Assembly: GCA_951406725.2 (NCBI GenBank)
Contig: OX597816.1
Span: 154,690,001 to 154,754,000 of the forward strand
DNA: 64,000 bases
From: Octopus vulgaris
Lineage: Eukaryota
Reading direction: 5' to 3'
Below, one piece after another: positions 12,679 through 28,379 of this stretch. The number at the start of each line of letters is the position of its first letter. Position 1 is the stretch's first letter. The notes under the pieces were generated by a model. The model was not told where the DNA came from. It did no database searches and worked only from the letters and a program-made list of their open reading frames with translations. The translations under genes were made by a program, and so were the position numbers.

Positions 12679-13656
12679 ATATATATTTATATATATATGA
12701 TATTTTATGTATATATGTAGTATTTTTATACCATCTTATATCCTTTCAGACTTTTTCATGTTTTTGATAAGGCTTTTAAATACGTTTACCTGTTATAGAA
12801 ATATTTATCTTATTTTTTTAGCTCATAATCTTTGGTTTTGATTCCATAGAAAATGTGTAGCCCTATTTGGATGATATTTGAATTTAATTATAGGTTCATT
12901 GTTGAATAGTTTTACCATGACCACCTTAGCATTATGCTAGGAAGAAGCAATGTGAGGTTTCTATTTCATATAATGTCCCCCACTTTTATCGCTTAGATTG
13001 CTTTATCTGTCTTTCATCTCTTACATAGTCCTTAAACCCTTTTCTAAATTTTAATATTTTAATATATAACATTTGCTAAGCTTTGATGCACATTTTTTCC
13101 CGTACTCTTAATTCCCACACTTAGATCTCACTGTAACCTCCTTTGTTTCCCATTTTAGGTCTCTTTTAGTTGATAATCATATGTTAAGTCACTCTTCTCT
13201 TCTTTCTGGTTATCTCCTTTTCTCTATATATCATTATCTTGCTAGCATATTCTTAGACATATTATTTTATGTAGATGTGGCCGATTTTATGGTCACATTA
13301 AAATAAGTGTAGGGCAGAGTATCTGACATTAAGTTATTTATCACCACCAACAAGAACTTAACTGTCAATTCCCAATGGTTTAATTCTGAGATGCAGACTA
13401 CTTCCTGCACTGGGTCTTTTGAATGTGATAAGGATAAAGATGAATGTAGCTATATCATCATTCCTCTTTCTTGACCCACATCATTTTCTTCTGTCACTCT
13501 AAATTATAGTAGGCTTTAGGTATTTCTTCCTTAAATTTCATTCTGCTACAATAATATCAAAAAGAAGCAATGTAATTATTTTAGAATCTAATACTGGTGA
13601 AAAATTTGCTAAAATTATAATGGATTATCTTATATGTTGGAAATCTATATGGTCGT

Positions 13657-13744
13657 ATGCTCTGAGGGGAGCGGTTTATTTCAAATTGATGTAATGTGTG
13701 CATTGATTGATAGAATGGAGCCGCTTGAAACGGCCGTAACGCAT
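13657..13744 (+). ncRNA. Hammerhead-like motif (type I, PLE style, A9>G)
   Basis: CUGAGGG, 9-bp stem II GAGCGGUUU/GAGCCGCUU, GAAA, palindromic ACGGCCGU, GUA site. Confidence 0.55.
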
Positions 13745-13779
13745 TGATACATAGATATTCTTGTTACTTATCTGCTGTA

Positions 13780-13821
<42 letters not shown>

Positions 13822-13994
13822 TAAAGAAATTATTAGTTCTAAATCTCTGAACGAGAAACATGCAACAACAGGTACGATAGAGTAAAGCTTATTTGCCAAC
13901 GTAAAGTGGCACTCCTGGTTAGGACCAATGTTGTTATTTATAAATATATCTATATACATATACAAAATATTAGAAATATTGCACATATGTAACG

Positions 13995-14775
13995 GGAGTT
14001 GGACATGCATTTTAATGCAGAAAAATTCATGCAGACAGGATACACTGGCCCGGGAGTAATTGCAATACCTGAATCAAAATCAATGCGTGACCTGGGCATT
14101 GAAATGAGCAATGATACATCTTTCCAAGTGCATATTACCAATTTGGCAATAAAATGCAGACTGTTCGCCGGACGGAACCTACGAATTTTGGCGGGCATAC
14201 GTCCTCAGCTGCCTGGACTACTGCTCCCAACTATGGTCGCCACACAATATAAAATTTTCGGCAGAACTCGAAGCAATCCAACGAAGCTACACGAAGAAAA
14301 CCGTCTCAATGGAACGTATCAGCTACTGGGAAAGACTGAAAGAATTAAAATTCTCCCTAGGACGACGGCGGGAAAGATATGCAACGATATACAGGTGGAA
14401 AATCTTGAAAGGCCTTGTACTAAACTTCGGCATTGACAATTACTCAAACAGCAGATCGGGGTGCCACTGCATAGTGCCAAAGATCCTAGCATCTCCATCA
14501 AAATACAGGACCAGATATTGCAACAGCTTGGGTTTTAAGGGCGCACAGCTCTTCAATATCTTTCCAAAATGCCCGAGAGATCTGCATGGTGTGGATGTAG
14601 GTGTCTTCAAACCAAAACTGGATCTCCTTCTGTTCAGGGTTCCATATGAGCGAATCTCACGGCAAGGAACACATATGAGGGAAGCAGCATAAAACTCGCT
14701 CATTCACCAAATGCCACATATCAGAGGAGGTTTCAAATAATGGTGTAGCACAGCTTCGAAGCTGAAGCAATTAAA
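13995..14775 (+). mobile_element. Degraded LINE 3' fragment (family of 22757)
   Basis: RDLGI, YWERLK, RRRERY motifs. Confidence 0.85.
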
Positions 14776-14807
14776 AGATTAAAGTTGAAAGATTATATAT
14801 ATATGTA

Positions 14808-14883
<76 letters not shown>

Positions 14884-14900
14884 TATACATACATACATGC

Positions 14901-14924
<24 letters not shown>

Positions 14925-14932
<8 letters not shown>

Positions 14933-15750
14933 TCTGGTGAATAAATTGCCGTCTAAATTATGCAAGAATTAAAATATCACTGACATCTCGTCTTAAGAGA
15001 AATATTTATCAAAATTGCATAAACGATATCTTGAAATACTAAAGATTAAATTTATTCAATAAAATCGCCATTGGCTTCAACCACGGCCTCCAGTCGACTT
15101 CGGAATTTCCTGCAACTCTTCTGGACGGTTTCCTTGTTTGAGTTGGTGAATGTTGCCATACTCCTTGCCTTCAGTTCATCTTTGGTATTATAAGGAGTTT
15201 TGTTGGTCTCTCGCTCAATACTGGGAGTTAGATGGCCAGATTTTAGGGTTGATGTGGTCGCTGAAATTGTTAGACAGCTATAAGTGGGTTCTCCTGCTTG
15301 ATGACATTGTGCAGAGACCTGTTGCCAGACATAGGGTCTTCTAGCAGCCACCCTCTTGACCTAGGGCAACACTGCCTCCTTCAGGCACTCGATGTAGGCC
15401 TCCGTGTTAAGTCTGAGGCCGTATGGGAAAATGAATGAAGGCATAACGTCGCTATTACTAGTGGCCACTCAACAAACTATTATGTTGACTGGTTTAATTT
15501 TTATCACACTCAGTACTTGTACTCTCCTCAGACAATCTGAAATATTTGTATTGGAGCTTTGGCGCGAATGCCAAGCAGTACAGCATGTCGTTTCCAAATT
15601 TCTGGCAGAGTGAATTGCATCACGGTGCTGTTTTTCTCACAGACAGTGTCCAACTGACACTACTATACTGGGTAGTCGACAAAATCAAAAGTAAACAATG
15701 CGCATGTGCGAAATTAAAATACAAAAATGGTGACAATTTACCCATCGTTT
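14925..15750 (-). mobile_element. Tc1/mariner (maT/DD37D-like) transposon remnant
   Basis: C-terminus ...HNTKDELK-like...FRSRLEAVVEANGDFIE; end homologous to 39255-39356. Confidence 0.75.
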
Positions 15751-16336
15751 ATATATATATGTACAGACAGACAGACAGACAGACAGACAGGCAGACAGAC
15801 AGACAGACAGACACACACACACACATAGAATAGAAAATATTTTAGTAGGAGAACACATGTGGTTGGATATATACAGAAAGAGGAAAGATGAAAAAAGCAC
15901 AGAAGATTTGTTTTACAGGATTAAGGAGTATATTAGAGTCATAATAATAAAGATATATACAAACTAAGATTTTGTTCTTTCGACATAATTAAAATAAGAA
16001 CCAGTTTCGCATTGCTCACCAAGCTAAGGGTTGAAAAATAGGCATATTGCTAGGGGGAAGACATATTACAGGGGGAGTTAATTGTTCACTCATTTATTTT
16101 ACAGTAAAGGGAAGGTAAATCTGTAATTTTAATTTTTGTTCTGTATTTCATTCTGGCTTATATCTTACAATAGAAGGGGTAAGTCTTTTATTTTTAAAAT
16201 GGCTTCATGTTTAATTCTGGTTTATATTTTTGGAGTCTTTATTCAGTCTTACTTGTGTTGACAAAATTGTATAATATCTTTATTATTATGAGTCTAATAT
16301 ACTCCTTAATTCCATATATAAATATACATATATATA

Positions 16337-16594
16337 CTTTATTTAAAGCAGGAGAAAATTCAACAAAACCTGTTACTTTGAGTTTCCCGTTGCCGTTCAT
16401 CGGACAGTTTTTGCTAGAATGGAACCGATATATCGGTTCCATTCTAGCAAAAACTGTCCGATGAACGGCAACGGGAAACTCAGAGTAACAGGTTTTGTTG
16501 AATTTTCTACTGCTTTAAATAAAGCATATTACTCTACCACTGGTATTTGAGTACTCTTTTTTCCAACCTTGTTTCACATTTATGTGTTTACTCC

Positions 16595-16597
<3 letters not shown>
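16337..16597 (+). mobile_element. PLE-like terminus forming a near-perfect 188-bp palindrome with a hammerhead-like motif on each strand
   Basis: 94-bp arms centred at 16430/16431; ctgt-CCGAUGA-acg gcaa cgg-GAAA-cuc a gag-UA-acag at 16454-16491. Confidence 0.7.
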
Positions 16598-16656
<59 letters not shown>

Positions 16657-16659
<3 letters not shown>

Positions 16660-16845
16660 GCCATGATAGATCGTTAGCCACTACACACATTTTTTCTCTC
16701 CTTGTTTTCTGTGTCCCTTTCTGTTGAAGAGCGTAGGCTCGAAACGTAAATGACTTTTTCTATTCGTGAGCGTTATACTAATACATCTGTTTGTTTTGTA
16801 CACCACCTGTCTTCGTCTTTTGTTTTTTTTCCGTAAACTCTTCCT
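16657..16845 (+). mobile_element. Short PLE 3' terminus (family of 36370-37530)
   Basis: Homologous to the reverse complement of 36370-36585; CUGUUGAA-GAGC guag GCUC-GAAACGU. Confidence 0.7.
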
Positions 16846-16862
16846 ATATATATATATACATT

Positions 16863-16904
<42 letters not shown>

Positions 16905-16905
<1 letters not shown>

Positions 16906-17690
16906 CAAATAGATGAGTGTATTTTTATCTTGTTAACAATTAACACGGAAAAAAAATAGTTACCAGGGCAGCAAAAATCTCACAAGTAAAGGTGTTGTAA
17001 CTCCTTGTTTATAGAGGTAGAAACTTCGTGTTTACGTTGAATATTTTGAATAATATATGAATAAATAAATGGAGTTTAACGCAGGTGTAATCAAATATTT
17101 TTACTTTCGACACATATTTCGAAAATTCCACTGATACTATTCAAAAGAATAAAAGGTATAAACAATGCAATCTTCTCCTCAGGAAAGTGAAAAAAACGAA
17201 ACTCGTCAATAAGACATTTTAGCAAAAAATGATGGATTTGTATAGCGATTGACAGAACGCTATTAATATTGTTTAAAAAAACGTTATATGATATAACGTC
17301 ATAAGTAGCTAACAGAAAGAGTAGGGATATTAATAGTGAATGTTAAATATAAAGGAAATTAAAGTTTAAATTATATATAATGATAGAGACTACTTATATG
17401 CACTAAATGTATGTTTTTGTCAATGCTTACATCTGTATGCTCGCTCTATAACCGTGTTTACTAGAGTATTTTTAGAAAAAATAATGAAAAATAGCTCAGA
17501 ATTGCAGAGAAGACAGAATTTCTTGCCTTTGTCATGTGGTATCGAAATTGAGAGAATCAACCATTCTAAATCAATTAACTATTATCAATTCACATAAGGT
17601 TAGGATAGGTTTTTCAAACACAAAAAATCTCTTGCAAATTATCTCTTCTCATAATAACAAACTGTTAAATATTAATACATTTACTAATAC
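16905..17690 (-). mobile_element. Penelope-like element 3' end with inverted 5' segment
   Basis: Minus strand KFCLLCNSELFFII...VN...ER..RCKH C-terminus and hammerhead at 17104-17187; plus strand KVRIGFSNTKNLLQIISSHNNKLL at 17536-17680. Confidence 0.75.
17104..17187 (-). ncRNA. Hammerhead ribozyme-like motif
   Basis: cuuuc-CUGAGGA-GAAGA...UUUUC-GAAA-uaugu-GUC-gaaag. Confidence 0.65.
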
Positions 17691-18097
17691 TAACATTAAT
17701 TTATATATTTTTTATATAAGATTCATATATTTGAAAAATTTTTAAATATTTGTTTCTGGTTTTCTAGCGTCAGTGACGTCTATATCTATCTCTCGTTATC
17801 TCTGTCCCCCCTCTCTCTCTATCTCTCTGTCCATCTCTATCTCTATATCTATCTACTTCTCTGTATCTATCTGTCTGTATCTTATTTATCCATCTATATC
17901 TATCTTATTTGTCTAAATAGCTAGCTCTTTCTCTCTCCCCCTTTCTCTATATCTCACTCACTCTATTATTTTCACATTCATTTTTCAGACGCTATTGCTT
18001 TCTCTTTAATTTCAATCGCTATTGTTTTCACTGTAAATTTTCAATAACTATTTACAAGCAACAACGACAAACTACAGAACTGACAGAAAAAGTTTAC

Positions 18098-18372
18098 AAT
18101 TACTGATAAAAGTAATTTCTTACATGATTTACTGACAGAAGTAAATTCCATAAATTTCACTTCAATCCGTACACTTTGTTAAATTTGCCTACAAATTTCT
18201 TATTTACATTTGTAAAGTTTTGTGTTTTTTGTTATAGATGAAATTACTGATAAAAGTAAGTTCATAATTTACTGACAGAAGTAACTTCAAAAATTTCACT
18301 TAAATCCGTACTCTTTGTTAATTTTCCGAAAAAATTTCTTATTTACTTTTGCAACGGTTTTGTGTTTTTCTG
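18098..18372 (+). repeat. Two-unit ~143-bp tandem repeat
   Basis: aattactgataaaagtaa...tttactgacagaagtaa...aatccgtac repeated at 18098 and 18242. Confidence 0.8.
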
Positions 18373-18990
18373 TTGTTAACGGCTTTTTTCTGGTTCCTTC
18401 GATACTGGCTTTTTGGTTCACTGACAAGTTTCGCTTCAAGCTGTACAATTCTTTATTTTCTGTTCAAATTTCTTATCTACTTTCTGCCCGTCGTATTAAG
18501 ATACCATGAAGTTCCTCGAATTGAGCTTTATCATTTAAGCTTAATTAAAACATAGTTTTTTTAAATAAAAAAGTTAATTATACTTAAATCCAATTTTTTG
18601 CCTTATATTTTTTTCATGATATTTTACTTCACAACTGTTTTGATGCAAATCTTTGATGCATGGGAACAAAACTATGAAATTCTTCATGCTTTCTTCTATC
18701 ATTGAAGCTAAGATAAATATATTTTGCTTTTAAAATAAAAAAAAGTTATTTAGATCTAAACTTGATTGGTGGCATTACTTACTCTCCTATAAAGTTGCTA
18801 CAAATATGCATGTAGGTACAGTCATGTGTATAACTATCTATATCTATGCTTATGTACATATATATCCGTGTACACGTAAACACACACATACTCACATACA
18901 TATAGAAACGGACACACAAAAGCACACCAGCAAAAATACATATGCAGTGATACCAATATTTAAATAAACGTATGTTTATAAGCATATATA

Positions 18991-19110
<120 letters not shown>

Positions 19111-19226
19111 TAGACATATACATACATGTATAAACACATACATATATACATGTATACATGCATACATGCATACGCACATACATACATACATACATACATA
19201 CATACATACATACATACATACATACA

Positions 19227-19257
<31 letters not shown>

Positions 19258-19635
19258 GAATCTGTATAAGCTGCTGGTAAACGTGTTGTTTGGATTTTCG
19301 TAATATTACTATTATATTTTCCTAAGAATATTACCTGTCAAATCCTGAACTCGTTTTTTTATGAAGATGATTACTAACGTCCAATGCTAACCTAGATTTT
19401 TGGTTTGTAGCGTTGAAGTTTTGAAGTTCATTGATTATGTTTGATGGTCTCAAATCACATTATCTTTTATTGATCCACACTTTGCTGTATTCTTGTCCTT
19501 CCCTTTCTGAAGCATTAGCAAGTCTTTGCAATCTGGTTATGTATAGTGATCAAACAACTTTTCTCTTGATGCAAGGAAACAAATTTGTTAGAGACTAATA
19601 TGACTGATTGGATAGATCTTAGTTCTCTCCTCTAG

Positions 19636-20152
19636 GTCCATAACAAGAAAGATAGATGGTATGAGAGGCATTGATTATTGGGGTCGACTAAAAAACCCCA
19701 ATCTTTACGCTCTCCAACGCCGCCGGGAGCGCTACATTATTTGTGTTATGTGGAAAATATTCCATCAATATTACACATATGATGTTAGCATCAATTTCAA
19801 AATCCATCGAAGACTTGGTCCCCATGCTATCCCCCCCTCTACAAAAATCGAACTCGGTACACATAACAACATTACTTTACAATTACTTTACCTCAACCGG
19901 TCCATCTTTCTTTAATACCATACCAAAATACGACAAAACGGAAATGGATCCCATAAAATTCAAATGTTCACTGGACAAATTTCTTCAAAAAATCTCGGAC
20001 CAACCTCCAACACCCAGATATGTCTCCAACAACTATATCTGTTTGCTAGAGTGGGCTATGGCGCCCCATATATGACTAAAAGACTTCACCAGGTGGTGCT
20101 ATTGAGTTAGACATGGCCTGGGCCTATACTGGCCGAAACCTATCAAAGTTAT
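19636..20152 (+). mobile_element. 5'-truncated LINE (family of 8347)
   Basis: DYWGRLK...LQRRRERY; same CAGGTGGTGCTATT...GAAAC tail. Confidence 0.9.
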
Positions 20153-20198
20153 ATATGTATATATATACATAAAAGTAGATAAATGGTACAATAAGGCA

Positions 20199-20252
<54 letters not shown>

Positions 20253-20385
20253 TTATACACATATTAATTATTAATTGATTAATTAATTTTACCGTTTATT
20301 ATTATTATTATTGATATATATAAATATATATATATACATGTATGTATATATGAATACATATATGCAGACACATATGTATATATGC

Positions 20386-20417
<32 letters not shown>

Positions 20418-20469
20418 GTACATATATATGTATATATAAATATATATGTACATATATACATTTATATTT

Positions 20470-20960
20470 ACGTAAGTAAATAAATGGAGTTGAACGCAGA
20501 TGCTATTCAAATTCTTTTACTTTCGTCATATGTTTCGAAGACAACATAGGTTTTATTCCAAAGGAATAAACGGTGTAAAATGCAATCTTCTCATCAGGAA
20601 AGAAAGAGAACCTATCTCAACAACAAGACATTATAACAAAGGCAGACACTAGGAAGAGAAGAGATAAAAAAAATAATAAGTAGAGAACAAATAATGAGGG
20701 ATATATTGGTTGAAAAAATGTTCAAAGGCTTGGAAGTAGATTTCTCTATTGAAGTAAAGTGCAAGTTGAATTAAATGTTCAAAATATAAAGACTGGTAAA
20801 CTCACTTTATGAGCTAAAGGTATGTTTTTGCCAGTGCTTACATTTGTATGATCGCTCTATAAGTGTGTTGACAAGGTGATTCTTAATTTTGCTACCCTGG
20901 TAACTGTTTATTGTATTTTTCATGTTAACGGTAAACAAAGGATAATTCATTCATCCATTT
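20470..20960 (-). mobile_element. PLE 3' end (family of 16905) with inverted distal terminus
   Basis: ERSYKCKH C-terminus; hammerhead at 20520-20602; 20877-20960 is the reverse complement homologue of 16907-16984. Confidence 0.7.
20520..20602 (-). ncRNA. Hammerhead ribozyme-like motif (U16.1>A)
   Basis: cuuuc-CUGAUGA-GAAGA...UCUUC-GAAA-cauaug-AC-gaaag. Confidence 0.6.
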
Positions 20961-20995
20961 ATATATTTACATATATATATGCATGTATAAATATA

Positions 20996-21685
20996 CTAGC
21001 AGTAATACCCGTCGTTCATCGGATAATTACTTTTACTCTTTCTCAGGAGTCACATTCAAAGTATTATTACATATATAATAGATTTCTCAACGGGGATTTC
21101 AGGGGAGAGTTTCAGGGAATCGCTGGCGATGTATCGTGATGAACAAAAATCCGGCCTGCTAAAATTTGGTTAAAGTGATTCAAACTGCAGACTCAACGCA
21201 ACATGGTCACATTTAATTCAAAGCGTCAAAAATGTTATGAAAACAATTGGTATGTGTTCACAAGGTCCAAACGATTAATACGAAAAAACCCTCCAGGTTA
21301 CATCCCGAAAATTCATTTCTTTGCCGAATTTCTACAATGTTTACGGCGATTCGTTTTTATATCTTGATTTTTTATTTTTCATGCAATTTACGCATGCTTG
21401 CACGCGTGGTGAACACAGTTCATGTCAAACAGCTGACTGAGTAAAGTTCACTATTCAATGCATGGGATAAGGCCTAAACAAACACATTATCGATTTTTGC
21501 ACTTGCGAGATAAATTTCGGAACAGAAATAGCGCAGTTCAATTTTCATTCGCCTAAACTTTAAGTGACCCACTTTTGGTGGTTCTACGATTTGTTGGCTA
21601 GGAGGAGATGTGCCGGGAAGTTAAACACACAGACACGCACACAGATACACACACAGACACACAAGTTGAGTTTTATATATATAGA
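20996..21685 (-). mobile_element. Non-autonomous Helitron
   Basis: Minus strand 5'-TC...hairpin-CTAG-3' between A and T; microsatellite near the 5' end. Confidence 0.7.
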
Positions 21686-21715
21686 TATGTTCATATGTAT
21701 ATATATATGTATATG

Positions 21716-21760
<45 letters not shown>

Positions 21761-22000
21761 ATACATATATATGTATATATGCATATGTCGATATGCATAT
21801 ATACACATGTATATGTGTATATATACATATATATAAGTATATATAAGTGGAGTTCAATTTGACAACTCCACTAGAATATATGATATATGATGTATAAAAA
21901 CATGTAATATACAAATAAATATCTGTAAATATAAAACCATCCGCACTTCTGAGTACCTCATTTCTTCTAATATAAAATACCTGTACATCATCTCCAAACC

Positions 22001-22080
<80 letters not shown>

Positions 22081-22104
22081 CATGCATATATATATATACG
22101 TATA

Positions 22105-22142
<38 letters not shown>

Positions 22143-22598
22143 CCGACCAGACCATCAGATGTTGTTACACATCGCTGGTCACAATGCGTTCGCATTGTTT
22201 TAGCCTTCGAATGACGCCACCCCGCTGGCTAAGCGAGCAGGCCAATATATATATATATATAATATATATATCTTGACTTTTGACTCCGCCGGTTACGACG
22301 ACGAGGGTCCCAGCTGATACGATCAACGGAACAGCTTGCTCGTGAAATTAACGTGCAAATGGCTGAGCATTCCACAGACACGTGTACCCTTAACGTAGTT
22401 CTCGGGGATAATCAGCGTGACACAGAGAGTGACAAGGCTGACCCTTTGAAATACAAGTACAACTCATTTTTGCCAGCTGAGTGGACTGGAGCGACGTGAA
22501 ATAAAGTGTCTTGCTCAAGGACACAACGCGTCGCCGGGAATCGAACTCACAACCTTACGATCATGAGCCGAATGCCCTAACCACTAAGCCACGCGCCC
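22143..22598 (-). mobile_element. tRNA-derived SINE interrupted by (TA)n
   Basis: Minus strand GGCGCGTGGCTTAGTGGTTAG, GAGTTCGATTCCC, then GTGTCCTTGAGCAAGACAC. Confidence 0.8.
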
Positions 22599-22599
22599 T

Positions 22600-24318
<1,719 letters not shown>

Positions 24319-24331
24319 TATATATATATAC

Positions 24332-24477
<146 letters not shown>

Positions 24478-24761
24478 CGGTGATTTTTAAAGACACACTT
24501 TTCAAATAAATTTTATAAAATGGGTTATGAAGTTGTCGCTAACCTTTTTTAATAATAAGGTTTTTTTCTAGTGTCTGAGCGTTTTCGTTAAACCGTTTCA
24601 AACCACACGTGCTGAATAACTTCCTCTTTAGGATCACGTGCGTTTTAAAAGTTTTAGCGAAAGCGCTCACACACTAGAAAAACACGTCTTCCCTTAAAAG
24701 TTTAATAACATCCTCATAACAGTTTTCATAACATTAGAAAAAATTTGTTTTTTAGAAATCA
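24478..24761. repeat. Degenerate inverted repeat (possible fold-back terminus)
   Basis: ttttctagtgtctgagcgttttcg / cgaaagcgctcacacactagaaaa; GAAAGCGCUC resembles a hammerhead stem III. Confidence 0.6.
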
Positions 24762-24882
24762 CATTTGCACTTCAAAAACTGTATTAAGTAAACCATTTAT
24801 ATTTATGTATGTATGCATGTATATATATACCTATATATATATATACATATATATACATACATATCTATATATACATACATAC

Positions 24883-24936
<54 letters not shown>

Positions 24937-26250
24937 CATACATATATATATGAATCTTTATATGCTGCTGGTAAACATCACATCATCTTTTATTGATCCA
25001 CACCTAGGTGCACTCTTGTCCTTCTTCAGTAGCAAGTCATTGCAATCTGATTATCTATATGGTTCTCAGCTCAACGAACTTCTCTCTTGATGCAAGGAAA
25101 CAAATTTGTTAGAGACTAATATAATTGGTTAGATAGGTCTTAGTACTGGCATTTTTTAACATAGAATGCCGGAAAGGTAGAGACGTCTTTTTGAGGGATT
25201 TATACGAAACTAAATTGGTGAGAGTAAATTCAGCAAAGCATTTATCCAGCAAAACATTTTCCCGTTTCTTGTTTACCAGCTCTCTCTCTCTCCCTCTCTG
25301 TCTCTCATTATATATATATCCACATTCTTTCTTATTACATATATGTTTATATCAATGATTATGTATTTGTATTGAACTCTAGCAGTATTACACACACACA
25401 CATGCAGACTAATGGGTAGATAGCTAGATATATAAATAAATGGATAGATAGGCAGATATATGAATCTGCACATACATTTCATTAATCTTTTTGGATCAAT
25501 ATGTATGACACCAAAAGTAATGACACTACTTGTGTTGATTAATTGTTGTTAAAACGAAGTTTGTGAATGTGTGCATGTATTTGCATATGTATGTATATAT
25601 ACATATGTGTGTATGTCCGCGTGCGTGAGTAATGGGGCAAATATGACGACGCCCACCACGATTAAAACGATGAAGTTAATGATATTTTGAATAATACAGC
25701 TGATAAAGAGAGAACAGAATATTGTGAAACAGTGTTAGATAAAGAAAAACTGACTAGAATAAATGAAATGAAAAGACCTTAAAGCGAAAGAACACACACA
25801 CATATAAATGCACGCACACACAATATATAGAGAATGAACAAAACAACAATATTTACCTGTAAATATCAGGAGCGTTTTCCTTAATCTTTGCAATTAATAT
25901 CGAACAGTCCAACGCAAGTAGTGTCGTTTTGTCGATGTCATACAGAGAAATGGTGACAGAGAGCAAGAATCGAAAGATGCGCAGTAGTAATGAGTGTAAA
26001 CTGAACTCCCGAGGTAATACTAAAACTCATGAATAAATGAACGAATTTGTAACAATCATTTTGGCTCTGAGTCAACATAGTTTTTTGTGGACGCATATCT
26101 GAGAGCTACGCACATCCATCCACATATTTATATATATATACAAACACACAAACATATGTGTGTATATATGTATGCGTACGTGAGCGTATACATTGTAGAG
26201 AAGTGTAGCGACAGACGAAAAACGCTCCGACTCAGATGCTTTAATCATCA

Positions 26251-26283
<33 letters not shown>

Positions 26284-28065
26284 CACACAGGCACACACAC
26301 GTATGCACACACACACACGCACACACACATGCACGCATACACACATAAAAATGTGTGTATCTAACATGAACATATTTGTAATAATGATGTTTACAGTAAA
26401 TTATAAGAAAATTAATAATTCGTAGAAATATAAGAAAAATCAACGGCATATTTATGTATTTTTATCTGACTCTCTCTGTCACTCTCTCTCTCTTTCTATT
26501 TTCCCAATCTTTCTAAGAATTGTTAATTTTCATTTTATTTATCCGAAACTCAACTGCAACTATGGAACAGTATTTCTTTTACAGAAACACGCACATATAA
26601 TTTTTTCGTTCCATTCGCACCCCTCTACTCTACTGATGATAAAGTCGAGTTTCAACATCTAAACTGGTTCTCTCACAAGAAATTCTTAGTGAGAAAGTTG
26701 CTAGACACCTAACAGTAGAACTGCAAGATATGTCATAGGGCGGAGGATCTCAACGACTATCCAGCAACAAAGTCCGGTACACAGATGTAATCGAGACGGT
26801 GAGTGAGCGCGCTCTAAGAGCACTTGGAAGTGATGGATTCCTCGTTCTCGTCAGAATATCCATACAAAACCAGCAGTTGATGCTCCCACCTGCCATCTCG
26901 ATCTGCATTTTCATTGGATTATTGTAGACAATATTAAGAGAATGTAAGAGTCTGTTATTGTAATACATACGAGTGTAAGAGTCTGTTATTGTAATACATA
27001 CGGAGTACAGTTACTTTCAATCACTGTAATACGTTATATCTCTCATAACTTATATGTAAACAGCTCCAACACACATGGTTGACAGTGACTTCGAAGTTTC
27101 TGTCCATAGTTAAATCACCTCGTATATATTATTTACCTATATATTGTTTATACATGTATATATTTCCTTACAGATCAATAGGCCCATAGAAAAATGCATC
27201 ATCTTTATAAATTCATCAACATGTATAGGCTATGTTAGGTGTTAGGTCTACAATAATATAATGTAAACACAAATAACCACGCTAGAAAAGTCTAATAAAT
27301 ATTTAAAGTAACATATATTATAGTAACATAGTTCTTCGACCCTAACATTCCCAAAACGCACAATTTAAAATTTCTTCATAGAAGCCATTAAGCATAGCGT
27401 AGACACCAACACAAATACAACCTCATTCTGACATGTTCTAGATGACTAACTGATTCATCTACAGACATTTTTTGTGAACCTTAAAACAACAAAATCCAGT
27501 TTTATATACAAAGAATGTCGTAATCTGAATTTTAACACACCTGTTTACACAGTTACTTCATTACCTAACTGAACCTTAAATAATAAGAAAATTCTCACAC
27601 AAACCGAATAAACTATTCTCACAATAACTTTCCAACAAGTCATGCCCTAGAAACATGTTTCCTTCCTCCCCAGCTCTATCACTCTTCCTAAACTTACCCT
27701 ACCTACTGCACGTCTAATTATCATTTCACATAGCTCCGTCAATCCATTACAACCCTCGCAGCTAATCGAAAACTATATAAAGGCAAAAATAACCTATGTA
27801 TATAACCTATGTATATAATAGTCTGATGAAGGCAAATAAGTCAAAACTTGGGAGTCTTTGTCAACCTTTTCCTTGCAAAATTTTCATGTACACACATATA
27901 TGACCAAAATAATTCTTAGACCTGAGAACAAAAGAATTCGTTTTATCACTTTTACTTGCCAAGTCAAAACTCAAAAGTGAGTTAAACTATTTATTATTTC
28001 AGGGAGCTGTTGCCGTTCGACATTAATAAATGTATGTGACCCTTATTCTGCGATTTAAAAGGAAG

Positions 28066-28110
<45 letters not shown>

Positions 28111-28379
28111 GCGGGAGGGGTGAGGAGATCGTATCTCTTTTGCAGGCCACATAACACAAGTTTATTTCGTGTTATTGAGAGATAAAAGCCTTTGCACGGT
28201 TGCTGTATAACGTGCAGTGTACATGTTAAATTGAGTCTCCGACCTTATCTGTCCATTCTATATATGTGTGAACTGAACTGGGGTGGGGTGTACTTGGTCA
28301 TCTTTGATATTTTTAACAAGTTTGATTATTTAGAATAATCAACATATTGCTAATTATTTTAAAAAAATTAACATATACA

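Noticed and set aside
12780-13550. Possible very old PLE coding remnant (NVIY-like) on the minus strand
   Set aside because: Too degenerate to support by eye
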